Source: Tubiluchus corallicola (Eukaryota > Animalia > Priapulida). From it: a DNA stretch of 64,000 bases. The notes beneath the pieces are model-generated. The model did not search any database and was not told where the DNA came from. It was given only the letters and a program-made list of their open reading frames with translations. A program made the position numbers and the translations under genes. This document shows positions 31,921 through 46,300 of this stretch, piece after piece (positions within the stretch are counted from its first letter, which is position 1; the number at the start of each line of letters is the position of its first letter). Where the stretch lies: contig JAQGDQ010000710.1 in the NCBI GenBank assembly GCA_030141605.1, forward strand, positions 44,899 through 108,898, given 5' to 3'.

Positions 31921-31971
31921 AAGCTGGACCTAATCTTAAACTGTAGGTCAAAACAATCTACCATTAAAATA

Positions 31972-32527
31972 TTAAAAGGAAACATACTATTTCTTCAAAA
32001 ATGACTTTCGTGAAAGAATTGTTATCACACAAACACCATTTCATGTTTCGCGCCACTAGTTCTTCACTGTTACTTGCATTTCGCCATTTGCTAGTTAGAC
32101 GGGCACTAGCCTCTTGCATTTTGGAAACGCATTGCACAAAACAGGTGCTGTACCTATCAATTCAAATGTGTTAGTTTGTGAAGAACTACACACATTCGAC
32201 AGCGCATGCATGAGGACAGCGATAAATTTGAGATTTTTAAAACTTGCCTAATTTTAGTACAACATACCAAATATCTTACAGTAGCACTGTACTTCAATTT
32301 TTGCTTTCGCAAACACGTGCAACCTGCTCGTGGAATATTTTTGCTGTTGAAAATTATGTTGATTTGTAATGTCATCAATAGTTGGGCTCGCTAGCAATTA
32401 GTCAAGTTTTTAATCTATTATTTAATTATCAGAAACGCTTTTGCAGCATTAATTGTGTTAAAATGTATACTTTTATCGGACTTGAAAATGGGGTAGTATA
32501 TGAAAAATTCATACTGTCTTCCTTTAA
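31972..32527. mobile_element. Kolobok-like MITE with TTAA ends
   Basis: TTAA-AAGGAAACATACTAT ... ATACTGTCTTCCT-TTAA imperfect TIRs beginning with purines; second copy at ~22590-23093. Confidence 0.65.
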
Positions 32528-32869
32528 ATACTATACTTAAATACTTGGCATGTGGCAACAGACCTGGGAGAGTGGGAGTATGGCATCAAATTATGAGTGG
32601 AGCTGTGTTGCATAACGGAAGCACCTAGTATGATGACGGCTCTTATTTTCGTCAATATTTGAAAATAAAAATTTAATTTCCAGCAAATATAATGCACGAA
32701 TTGCAAATAATAGGCGTTGACTAGACAAACCAGTTATTAATCATAAGTCGGCACTAACTCACCCTCGTGGGAGTAAACCCTAATTCATGTGTCTTGCACC
32801 AATCTCTCACCCACTGAGTAGCTAGCCAAAAACAACCTTGCCCAGTTATTCGTTGTTGAGTTTACTCTC

Positions 32870-33360
32870 TTCCTAATATACCAAACTGGTATTAAAATAG
32901 GTTTCTCGCGCGGAGTTCTACATCAAGTTATGTTTAGAACCATTACATTATTTGCTCTCATTAATGATTTCGGTAACGAGTTCCACATTATCACTTCAGC
33001 TTGTGAAAAACTATGCCAGTACCTTTCATTATTGGCCTTACGCTTGAACTATTTAACACTATGCCCACGTGTAATGCTTCTACTGAGTGTAAAAAATGGT
33101 TTGCAATGATGTCATTCAGTCCCCTAAGAATCTTGAACATTTCAATAAATCTCTCCTTACGTCTTCTTGCAGAAAGTCGATACAGGTCTAGTTTTTACAG
33201 TTTTTGAGAGTATGTGAGTCCTTCAGCTTGTACCTGTTCGAAAGTGCAGGGATGTCCTCCTTGAGATAGTAAGTGTCCCATACCTGACTAAAATATTCAA
33301 AATGAGGATGGACAAGAGTGTTGTATAGTTAGAGAATTATCTCAGCTCTTCTGGAAGTTA
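32870..33360 (-). mobile_element. Degenerate CR1-like LINE 3' ORF2 fragment
   Basis: Minus strand gives YNTLVHPHFEY..QVW, RRRKERFIEMFKIL and MWNSLP fragments typical of the CR1 ORF2 C-terminus. Confidence 0.7.
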
Positions 33361-34327
33361 CTAATTAATCTAAGTGGCACTAAACGGCACTAAGTGATTG
33401 CCTTGACCAGTATAAAAAAATCCCTTACAAAAATTCCCAAATTACATTATTTATTGAGAATTGACTAAATTGATTTAGCCAGGTAATTCGTAGAGCATAA
33501 TAGGAATACTGTGTGAGCAAAGGGATTAATGCTCAGTATTCTGTGATTTTGCAAGCATAGCCACAAAATCAGAAAATGAAGCATTTATAGATCCGAAGGA
33601 CCTAGTTTGATTCAAGCCATCTTGAATTCTTTGTGACTTACTTTGGAAAAATAAACACAAAAGAATGTACTGTTAGTGTGAACTTTTCACGATTTGACAT
33701 GCAATAATGTTATACTTTATAATTATTATTACTGTAACTGAAAGTGTGATAAACTAGATTTATCTTGATTTAAATATGTGAACAAAAAAGACATGATTTT
33801 CAAGCATTTTCAATGGCTTATAAAGAGAAGACAATAGACAATGTTTTTCAACTAACTGTCACTTAAAAAGATATACCCTCACATATCACATCTCATATAT
33901 ATATATACAGCCTTCTACAGCTGCTTCCAAAAATCTCCAATTAAGTGTAGGAAAATAATTAATATCGCAAACCCTGGGTAACGGGTGCTAAACCCATTAG
34001 CTGGTTCCATTTATTCTCATTTAGGAACTTCAGCTACAATCTCTTAATAGATTTATAACACAGGCATTTAAAAAAACTGGTGTAAAAACAACACGTTGAT
34101 TATTGACAAAAACAAAGCTGATAATTCATGTATAAAAATGGCATTCAGTATTAATTTTATTCGTGTCTAACTACATATCAACATCCGATGATTTTTCTCA
34201 AAATTTACTATAATACACATGTAATGAAGTGACAATAAAAATGATGATAGCAAACGCTATCATTTTCTAGAATCTTTGGTTGTCCGTACTAAACAAATTT
34301 TCAGCAAGTTTTCAACTAACACACCAA

Positions 34328-37300
34328 TCAGAATGCATTGCTATCAATTTTACTAAATAATCCGCATTGCATAATGTAATTCATTGGAACAGTCTTCGGT
34401 AATTTCATCTGCACCTCGTTCTCAAACAACTGAAAAATGTAAACACAGAAAAGTCAATTAAGCCATAGACTACTAGTATCAGATTTAAAATGTGAATTCT
34501 ATATCCTATGCCCTACTTAGTAGGTTTAATTTCATTAGTATCAGCATGAACGACCTATTAAATTTTTGGGTAAACTCTGCTGACTTTAGAATATAATCTG
34601 CCAATATTAAAAACATTTAGTGGGCAACGCAAGCAATGCAGACGAATCCACTGAAGTAGTTTAGTTTATCTATAGCTGCGTAATTTAAATTATGCCTAAC
34701 ATGGTGTCAAGCCCCACCTGTTTTAAGAAATGAAATAGTTTATGAGACCAATCCATTTTTATATATTTAGACATACATACTCATAGACATCTTTATTGGC
34801 CATATATACTACATATGATATACATGAAATTTGCCGTTTCAGCTTTGCACAGATTAGTGAAAAGCAATTAGCGCAACAAATTCGCAACTCTAAATTAAAT
34901 TCAATTATACATAAAGCCTAGAAAAGGAAAAAAAATTGAAAAGTTTTTAGCTACTATTGAATGCTTTGACGTAAGTGGGAACAAATGAAAATTTAATGTG
35001 ATTTGTTTTTGAAAAGGGTGCATTTAATCTTACTTTGTGTGGGAGAAACTTAAATTCTTCATGTAGAGGATGAAAGTTGTCTGCCATAATTTTCTTTAAC
35101 ATCTTCAGCATATCATTACAGTATGGTCAGTAATTACTATTAATCCATTTTGAAAGCTATGGGGAATATTGTATTACTATACTTTAGCCTAGAAAGGGTA
35201 CAAAAGTAATAGTCTAGTCTATTACTTTTAGTTTAGAAAGTATAAAAAGTAATAACTATAATTACAATTCGACATACTTCACTGTAAGTCAGTTCAATAA
35301 AACTAGCTATATTCCACTCTTCCTGAGGTAGCGGTTTTAGCAGTAACCCTTCTGCGGTGCTGGCAACACGTGGGTACCAATGTGACTTTAATGTCTGGAT
35401 CTCCCACAGAGAACTATTTATAGCATGACATTTTGATGGATCTGGTTCTTCCATAATGTAAGGATCTGATTTCACACCTAAAAAAATGAAGATCACCACC
35501 AAATTAAATTCCTTTTAGCACTTACAATAACACATTTGGACATTCATACCAGTTTTATAAAATTTACTCAAGTAAGGATTTTTTGCAATGATGAAAACAG
35601 TTTAGCCATAAATCGTTTAGCTCCTTCCTGACGGGTACATAAATTTATGCGTCATCTGTGACGGATAAAAACAATGCCTTACTAACTAAAGTTTCCAGTC
35701 CCCAAATTTAACGAAATTTGGAAAAGGAGCAGCTAAAATACAAGTAAATTATATAACAACAAAAACAGTTCTGTTGTATTCTTGGTTGTCAGTCTTTGAA
35801 GAAGTTTTTTGCAAATTAATGACCAAAGTTTTACTTTGCGCTTGTACAGCATCTTAACTAAATAAAAAAATCTGGCCATTTTATTTATAATGCTAGAAAG
35901 AAAATTCAATTCTCTTTCAGAAAATACATAGTTTTGCACTAGTATCTCCAAAACCCCACAAATGTTCGTCGTTGTGAAGGAGTTAATAATTGTCACTCTT
36001 AAGCATATGACGATTAAAAAAATATTAGAAAACGGTATAAAATTGGAAATAAATTTCAGTGGTAATGAGTCTCTGAGAGCCACTGCTATATAAATTCAAC
36101 TGAAATCACATTTTTCAAAAATTTGTCAACAAAAATCCAATAACTAAAAAGTAAAAACAACAGGCACGTTAATTTTTTCTAAGTTTCAATTAAGCATCCA
36201 TGATTAAAATTCTCACTTTTATTTCATGGTAAAACTTTACCTTGTGTACCTGGCCTGTGTAATAAGACATGGCAGCTTGGATGACGTATAAGCAAATTGC
36301 CAATAAAAGGTATGATGATTAAAATACCAGTTGGCGGTGCTACCAGTGATAATCGAGCCAAGCGCTTGATGAAAGCTGCTACTAGATAGGCTGGTAAGTG
36401 TCTGGAAAACAAACAAATGCAGATATTAATACTATAGGTTAGTAACTAGGCATGTGTAAAGTGCACTAGCACTATAATATAAAATATGTACTTGTATAGT
36501 ATAATACTAAAAGAGAGTACTATTGAACCTTTATTCCATGAACGTCAAAAATACTTGATGACATATGATGTGCATGGCAAGCTTTTTGGATTACAGTTTC
36601 ATTGTCTCATTGTTTCGTTATATACCAAAATATATTACTGCAAATGATATGTCACATAATCTGCCACACAACAATCAAAGTATCGTCATTATAATTCAGG
36701 TGATGGAGAGTTGTAACCAGCAAATTTTTTTTAACAGCCCTGTACCACATGCCATCAACGATTGCCGTAATAACCACTTCAATCATTATAATCATCCATA
36801 TTGTAAACCTAAGCATCAAAAACCAACTAGCAGTTGCAAATCTATATAAACTAACTTGTAACTAGCAACAGACTAATTTTTGGACCTTGTTATCATGGGC
36901 CAGGTTTTAGAATTGTCAGGAGCATGTGACACTCATAGAGAATTAGCGATATATGACAAAAGTATAATGTCTTAATTTAAACTACTGTGGGTGCCATTTA
37001 TTAGACTCATAGTTAATCGAATCAGTTGCTTAATTGACTCAAAAATATCTCGTACACTGGCCGCTCCTATTCAAATGCACATAAAAACTGCTGGCAAATA
37101 AACTCAAATAACTCCACAGACGTGACTTAGTATTTTTACTTCACATATTTAAAATAAGACAGTTGTGTGATCAATTTTACTACTTTTATGTCATCTTTAC
37201 TCGGCTTTTGTACACTATAATGAAACAATCATGTTAAGTACCGTTTCGTTTGCAAACAAGCACATCTGTCACACGTACTAATATGCTAACATACCGTTTT

Positions 37301-40300
37301 TGCTTTGAATACCTGCTCATCTGCTGCAATTAACCTTGGTGTCCAAGAATTTACAGAAGCTAAATTTTAATTACATGCATAGCAGTTTTATTTTGAAGCT
37401 CTTGCTGCTTCTCAGATGTTTAGTCAGTTAACCAGTGGCAGCTCGTAGCTAACATTAGTGGGGGTGCTGCTTCAGAAATTTTTTACCATTGTTTCACATT
37501 TACAAGTTCACTTACAGTCACAGTACTTATTTCTTGGGGATGCAAGGAGGCCGTGATTAAATTATTTAAATTTTCTGTAAAAAAAAGAAACGAAAAAACT
37601 ACAGATTAAATAGAATAGCTGGAAGCATGGTAATCATCTAATTCTAGACTTTATCACATTTAAGAGTATAGTACACCGTATTTAAGCACAACACACGCTG
37701 AGTAAAAAAGAAGCACTACTTGCACAACCAGGTCGACACTGCGTGAGCGACAGTGCTCTCTCTCTACTTAGCATACAGCTTCTTATTTCAGACATGTGCG
37801 TATGGCCGCATGCGCACAACAGCCAAACACTGCGTCGCTTAACGGTGGTGCGCACAGTTCCGACACATGCTCTGGTTCCGTACTAGGATTCACAAGTATG
37901 TACAAGTATAAGGAAAAAATTTAAAAAAAGACATTATATTGAATGTTATCGATAACATCGCATGAAGATGGGGGTGCTGCAGTTCCAAAGTGCCTATACA
38001 CGAGCTGTAACTGCAATTAACTATAGCAGTTATACCAGAGATAAAACGGCAGTAAATTGCCAGCATTCTCTGCAACTGTATAAGCATAAATATCATAGAG
38101 AAACTAAGAGTACAAAGTTAATTTTGAAAAACAGAGCAAAAATGTAAAAAAAACCGACATTTAAAGCTCTCTCAGCCTTTGCAGTGCATACACAGCTGAA
38201 GAATGATGTGATTCGTACTTTTATACTAGTAATACTGCAGCCCATGTCATATCAACATCATCACAGCAACGAATAGGGCTAAAGTAGCAACCACACAGAC
38301 ATCTTAGAACTTTAAAAGCTTTGAAGAACAGCTCTGACAAAAGTGATCATAAAGAAAGTAATTTCTCTAATGATACATATACAAAGTGCAAGTAAACGAG
38401 GCCTGATAGTAGCAATCACCAATGCATATGCTGAATATGCATCTGATAAAATTAAAAAAGTGAACAAAAAACCACATTCTTTCTATAAGCACTATTATAG
38501 CACAGTTAAATCTTAGTTCTCTAGAAATCAGTAGTATTCGTGTCACTTTCTAAGGTTCTACGGCTGTAGGAAGTCAACTTTAAGATGGAAAATGATGCAG
38601 AAATAAACTTAGCAAGGAAGTTTTGCAAACACTTTGTTTGAAATGGCAAAGAAAAATGCGGCAGGCGAACATAGATAGCACATATATATTATGTAAACAT
38701 TCGAGACTCTTAGAAAACTGAAATGATGTTTATGAACCTACGTAGATGACAAAAAGATATCAGCTAGGAAGAAAAACCGAGCTCTGTACTTGACATGGCA
38801 GATGGTTTCATCAAATAAAGCATACAGCTTGGTGTAGAAATCTGGATATTCACTGGAAATAAATACAAAAAACGTGATAGTTTATTTCTTTGTACAATGA
38901 AGAAATCTCAGGAAGCTAAAATTACAATATCTTACATTACAAACGCCAAAACAAAAAGACAAATCAAGAGAAGACAAAACAAGTCACGCAAAACAAGCCA
39001 TAATAATACAACACAAGAACAGGCAAGACAGGATCATTTTTATTGACATAATGGTATAACTTATTAATTAATTAGATTTGGAATTTCACAAATTTTTGCA
39101 ATTTTTCAACAGCGGGAATTTTTCATGTGAATCTTGTGAATTCTGCAAATGGTTTGCAAAAATTAAGACAGCAATATGCTACTGCTATGAGACAATTACA
39201 GTGAAGCACAAAGATTCACACAATTTCAATTGATAATTTCGAATCTTAAGTTCATTGATGTCCCAAAGACTGATTTTGTGTGACTTGGTTGGCTTGAGAA
39301 GTTAATTTAAATCTACAGATCTCCTAATCCAATACAATGTATCAAACTACTGTTGCCCACCCGAGTATGTCGGCATGCAACATTGAAAAAGTTGATAAAA
39401 ATTATAAAACGAATGTTATTAATCAAATTAATATTTGCAATTCATATAATTCAGTGTTGCTTATTTCATACTGTGGTCTAATATAAGTTGTTGTTTTCCT
39501 TTAATTTGCACAAGCTTTTGTTTAATAATATTAAACAAATAAACAATATTAAATAATCTCAAAATAAACTGTTGCTAAAACTGTTGAGAAAATAAACAGC
39601 AGGTTTTTTGCATTCAACCTGCAAAAATACCAGCATTTACAGCATTGAGAAAGTGAATCACACAGTTAGCAGTGTAACCCACTAACATAATACTGTTGAA
39701 AACTTAACTTCAAATAATTCATAAATAAAAATACATAAACACCAGGAAAGCTTTTTTTTGAAATTTTAAAATAAGCTGTTGCTAAAACTGCTGACAAAAA
39801 TAAATGGCAAGTTTCTCGCATCAGCAAAAATATCAGTATTTACAGCACTGCAGAAGTGAATCAGAGTTACCAATATAATTCACCAACATAATACTGTTGA
39901 AACCTTAACTGCAAAGAATTCCTAAATAACACAATAACAATACAACTTACAGGTTGTGTTTGTTGATCAAAACGAAGAGACTATTCAAAGACAGTAGGCT
40001 AATGGCTCCACCTACATTATAGGACCGTGTCAGGAAGTCTGATAGAAGAAGTGGCTGTGTCAAATGTGGCAGAATTTTGTCATGCATTATAATAAGAATT
40101 TTCTTATACAAACTGGTTGTCATCTGAAAGCAAAATAATATCAACAATTGCTAACTCTTAATAAAAAAATAACCATTGCACTTTGCTTTTATATAGTTTT
40201 TATAACTGATTTAAAGAACACTGATCAATATTTTCCAGAAATTTCCCAACAATTTTTGTTGGGTCTGTGCACTGCTACATTTCGTCTATCGATGCTGCTT

Positions 40301-43300
40301 TCTGTTGAGTTAACAATTTATGAGACTAAGATAGCAGATTGGTTGTAATTTATAACTGCTGCAATGCAAAAAAAAATAATTTATGTTTCTTACTTTAAAG
40401 TTCAGAAACTCAACGCAGGCATGGGAGAATTGGCGACGACACTCTTTTACATTCATCTTTGTTTTGACATTCTCTATTGAAACATGGAAAAAAAGATATT
40501 GTACTGTCAGCTTTAAAGTCAAACTAAATCCTCACTATAATATAAGCTTTTACAACCTAAAATCATACTCTCATTACGAATATTGAATTTATTTTATTAT
40601 AAACTAACTGTAAAACTTCTTTTGTTTGACTTTTAATCACTTCGTTGTTAGCAGTATTAAATTTGGATAATTGTCAATTTTCATTGCGCAAGACAAATGA
40701 CATCATGAGAACAGTCACGAGGTCACTGAAGATTGGTAAATAATCAATGGTAACCAAAGATGCTTTCTGCACTACATACGTCATTCTTGTTCACTCGCGC
40801 CAAAAATGCAAAACATGGCAATCTTTACGGCAATTCACGCGTTCGAAATTCCCCCCAAAAAAGCTAAGTTATTTAATTTATAGTTTTCTTTTGTGAGAAA
40901 ATAACTATGAATTCTTTGTGCAATCATAATAATGCATTAAAAAAACTTCAATGTCTGTTAGGGTTACATAGGCCTTGAACTCAAAATCCAAAGCTAGCAA
41001 ATATGTTACTTATCAATAAATAACATGTAGTCTTAATATATGTGATACTTTTAACAAAACAGAACAAGCACGATGTTACATGTATAATACTTTGGCGACA
41101 CATCATATAATCCTCAAGCCTATTGAGTGGCGAGCTCAAAGACCTTTTAAAGCCATTTGCTCTCTTTATTCATTGTCCTACAATATGTTCTCGGACCCAT
41201 AGACCCTGAAGCATGCGCTGTCCTTTCACCAAAATAATCAAGTCCTACAGCCTAAAGCTTTAATAGGCTGAAGTAAAAAATGTCTAGAAGGACTACTGGA
41301 CCAAAAAAAGTAGAGACAGAATTAACCTTCATCATATTTTTTAGAATTTCTAAATATTAGTTCAGGCAGTTCAGAACAATCCGGAACGCCAGTACCGATA
41401 ATGGAAGCACTGAGCATATTTTTGCAAACGCAGAAACCGATCCTGAAACCTAAAAACTTGACAAATCCTTAGATTACAATTTCAAATTTTACTATTCAAG
41501 CACGAGCGTAATCGTAATTAGCCAAGGCTATCGTGAGCTCATAGTTAATTGTTTAGTTACGCATTCACACAAAGTATATCCAAGAAACAGGTTGGCTGTG
41601 AGCATGTAATCCTGAGAAATTAAATTTCAAAAGTAATAATTCTTAAATGTAAACCGCTCTTTAAAAATGTTTGCACTCAAGATAGTTAACCCACAGGTCA
41701 TTTTCAGGCAAGAAAAAAGATGTACAAAGAGTAAGGTACTTATTTTATAAACTGCACAACCCATACATAAAGAGGAAAGATTCCGTTCAAATTATAAGTA
41801 AAAAATATCAACGTTTTAATAGCAAACCTGATGTTTCAGTTAAACAATGTTCCAGCAAATCTGAATCATTTCCAGTAATGGCAACAAGTGACAATAAATT
41901 TATTACATTATTCATGTACACATCACTTGACTTGTTCTAAAAAATAAAATCGCCAACAAGTAATTAAAAAAATCTTCCGTTTTTCAAGAAAGGCAATAAA
42001 AATGTACATTTATTTGAAGTTTTAGACAGCTTTTTGTAGCCATATTCACGGCAAAAGTCTGAATTGCAAATTGCTTAAACAACACCTATTTTTCAAGTCT
42101 GAACATTCTTTTAAACGTATTTAATGGTTTATGCTAAATGCTAATATCATCACAATGACTATGACACAATGTTTCCTATCTTTTATCATTTATAAATAAA
42201 AAAGAATACCTAGCTATAGGATGTGTAAAATCGTAAAGCATAAACACATTAATACTAACAGCAAGAAACAGCAGTAAACACAGGCAATAACTGTGTTGTC
42301 ATTAAATATTTTTGCTCAAACGTTAACTCAGTGTGTAAATTGATAAGTGATCATCAAGAAAGCTTTGCTTCATAAGCCATTCTGAACTTTGGCAGTTCAG
42401 CAGCTCACCTTAGAAGGCTCCTATCCTTAAGATTCCCATAACCATTGAACATTAAAGGCAGAACATGCCATTGAGTACAAAATACCAAACTAAATGAAAA
42501 ATTAATAATTTCTGAGAAAAACTGCAAAAACCAAATTTTTTTACCTGTTTTTCACTCCCACTAATATATCCCTTTTCATTCAGTAGCCTTAGCACAAAAA
42601 TTTTAACATCATCATATTCCAGGAACTCTTGGAATCTTGTAATAACTTTTCTCATGTCATCATTTGTCGACAACAGCTCCTTTAGTATTTTCTAAAAAAA
42701 ATGAAGCATCTGACTATAAAGTCAATAAAAAAACAAGTTTAATAATTATATTCAAGCATGTTTCACACTTGAATGCGTTACATTGGTATTAATGGCATTA
42801 CATTTTCGGTTAATAAATAATGAGCTTGAATTTCTGTTAGCATTCACAATTAAACAGCTACTCTACGTGTTATAGCGCAGTGAAAGGTAATATTGTAAGC
42901 TGAATATTTACATTACTGACAATGATGATATTTTATTGCATATTAAAGAAAAAGTTAATTATCCCACAAACTTAAGCACAAAATTAACACGCTGCCTGTC
43001 ACGCCATTATCCTAGTGTTTTTTTTAATTGCCAGCACGAGATAACTTGTAGCTGGCATATGACGTCACAAATACCACTTGCCGTTAAAATTATGCCATTT
43101 CACGCCAGAGCATATCTGAGAGCACCCAGCCAACTGTCATTAACACATTTAGGTGTACTGGCAGAGTACTAAGCTTTTCTGTGCATGGCATCATTTAATC
43201 ATCAACGAGCATGCTCCTAGTAGCAGTGGGTGACGCACCATCTACCAGGTGTATACTGGTAGTTGGCAATTAACGTGTTAATGATTGATTGATCGATTGT

Positions 43301-46300
43301 TTGTGAAGCAAAAAACAGAACTACCTCAATGATGGCCAAACAGTATCATAACAAAACCACTTTCAGTCCAATGCAGATTTCAGAAATATAAGGCAGATAG
43401 TGGGTTTTAACTACAAGTACTTACATTCATCAGTACAGTAGGAAAAGTTGAGGAATTTTCAGGTTTAACAACTAATGGATGGCTTCCTTCTAATTTTACA
43501 AACTTCATTAGGGTACATAAAGCCAACTCCTATAATAAACAGACAACTTATTATAGTGTCAGTTCGAAGAAAATAAGAAAGGAATAATTTATAATATTTA
43601 AAAAATGAACCAAAAATGCTTTAATTTATGTGTAAAAAGTTTGCAGTAAATACTAATTTGCAGGATAAATGTTTCAAAAGTCAAAAACATAACATGCAAA
43701 ATATGATTGGTTAATACTGTATTTGAATAAAAATGCAGTGAAATGCAATAAACAGAATATTTCATTCACGACCTGAAGCCAAAAGTAAAATTTAATATTA
43801 AAAGCAAAATGTAGCAGGAATTAAGCAAACAAATTTCAAACTTTTAAAATTTTTTCACTCTAATCAGATTTTAGCAACTTCGTGCATTGCAAGATCTTAA
43901 GCATCTGGTAATGACTCATGATAGGATATTAAATTATAAATACTTTTCAGCATATATTTCTAATAAAATATAATTGCTTAAGCTATTGATTTTTTGTGGT
44001 TTCTTATGCTAATGGGTAATTATTGGCACATTTTATACACGTTATTCATTTTGCATATCTCAGGACACTTTCGGGATCAATAATGAAACATTAAGACTTC
44101 CACATGCGAAAAACAAACATCATACAGAGATGGTCAAAAATTGTTTGTGCTTGAAATATGTACAAAACAAAAACAACAATGTCTTGTTTGACTTGTAGTC
44201 TTCTTTTTGGCTGCTACTACTCAGCTGAGCTATCTAAGTGAATTTTAAAACAAGGGCTAATTTACCACCATGTTTAGTGTCAAAATTGAGAAAATACAGC
44301 TACAGTGTTTGCAAGTTTGCTTAGAATTAAAAAAACCCAAACTTAATAAACTCCTCTCAGAACTTTCCAGTTTTGGTATGAAACTTAATTACCGCCTTCG
44401 AAAACACTTTTAAGTAGCTGACTGCTTCTGTAAGACAAACATTAGAAAAAAATCAATCACAACCATAGCCTGGGTGGAAAAGACCTAGCAGAAACTTTCA
44501 AAAAGAAGTGCAAAAATAATTAATGAATTATGACAGAGATTGCCAGAAGTTTTATAAACCATTGCGGTTTATTTTAGCAATTATTATCCATTGCAGATAA
44601 TGATCTGGAAAAAGAAAGGAGATGCTGAAAATTGTGAATTACAAGGAAGAAATCTCAAGCCTGCTCTGTCACATTGACTGGTAGCTCAGCTGGTAAAGCA
44701 TGGAAGTACTAATCTTAGATCTCAGGTTCAAATCCCGTCTTGTAAACAATTATTCAGTGTCTCTTTTCTTTCTCAAACTCATTACCCGAAATGAGTAATA
44801 ATTGGAAAAATAAACAGCAATGGTTTATAAAAATTCTGGCAATCAAAGTCACAATTAATTAATGATATCGTTAGGCACCAGCTAATTTGGGAAAGTATTG
44901 ATACCAGAAGTGCAAAAATGCTAGCAGATTATAATAGATCATTTAGAAGAAAGAGCTGGAGAATAATTTGTGTAACTATCCATAACACTGCATTAAGTAC
45001 ATAAAGAATTCAGCACAGATGAGAATTAATAAAATGTCATAATAATGCATTTAAAATGAGCATGAACATGCAAAGAAGATCTCACACTCAGAATAACTAA
45101 ATGCTAATACATACTGCAACAGAACTATTATCACTGTGTAGCAGTTCCAAAAGTTTTTGGATGGATTCTTTATAGCAGTCCTGTAGCCAAACTCTTACTT
45201 TTTCCTTGGGTGTAAGATCTAAGAATGTAATAACTCGACAGTTAACTTTTTAGTCAAACAATAAAGTAATCAATAATGGTTTTCAACTTGCATAAAATTG
45301 TTACAGAAAAGAATGTTATCTTGAAAGATGTATTTAGAAATCTTGAAAGACATATTTACAAATTTTCAAGTATTACCCCGTAAGATCACGAAACAATGCG
45401 ATATAATTTCTAGGCGGCTAGTGACAATAAAGTTAACAAAAGATTGCATAAGTTGTATAGGAAATAGGACATTTTATTTTTTGTCAAAGTACCAATTAAC
45501 AGAAATGTTAGAATAAGTGGTGTCTTTTTAAATTAGTTGCTTTGTCTTCTTGCACATAAATAATATCCATACCTACTTTTTTGTTGTTGTTGTCAGTGTT
45601 TAATATTTATTTTACTTTTACTACTAGTCTACAATTTTTTTTTAATTGAACCACTTATGTAACTCGACTGTAAATATGTGATCGAAAATAAATCGAAACA
45701 CTATATTTCATGAAATTTTAAACTAATCAGAAATGTAATATGAATAATCAGAAACTGTGTATGTGAATAATGGCAAGCCAACATTGCAATAGGATTGTGA
45801 AAATTCAAGTATTTAGTTAAAAACATGAAATTTTAATAAGCACTGTAATATCACACTTACCCATGTCTACAAGATGCTCAACTGACTTCGACACAACCAT
45901 GCTGTCATTACCAAGAACATGGGAAAACATTTTATGCAATGCTTGGATACTCGCTAGCAAAATCTCAGGTCTTTTCTCATCCTTTTAAGAATGTTTAATT
46001 TAATGTGAGAACATTAATTTTATACAAGTGTAACAGTGTGGAAAATTGCAATATATTGAGCCGAATATGCCATAAAATGTAATAATAAAAATATAAGTTA
46101 AGGCAAAAGTTTTGACATGTTTAACGTACTGACATGTATGTATTAATGCATCTCGTTATAATGTCAACTTTTTTGAAGTCCCAAAATGGGCGGTACAAAG
46201 CGGTATGACTGTAGATGCAGCAACCATATTTTGTTTAACCGTCTTTTCGATTTTCTACCGCATTAAGTGGGCATTGGCCATTTTTTAGTTAGTTTATTTA

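Noticed and set aside
44676-44745. Possible tRNA gene (and mirror at ~56076-56145)
   Set aside because: A and B boxes are present but the acceptor, anticodon and T stems do not pair; treated as a repeat-derived tRNA-like core.
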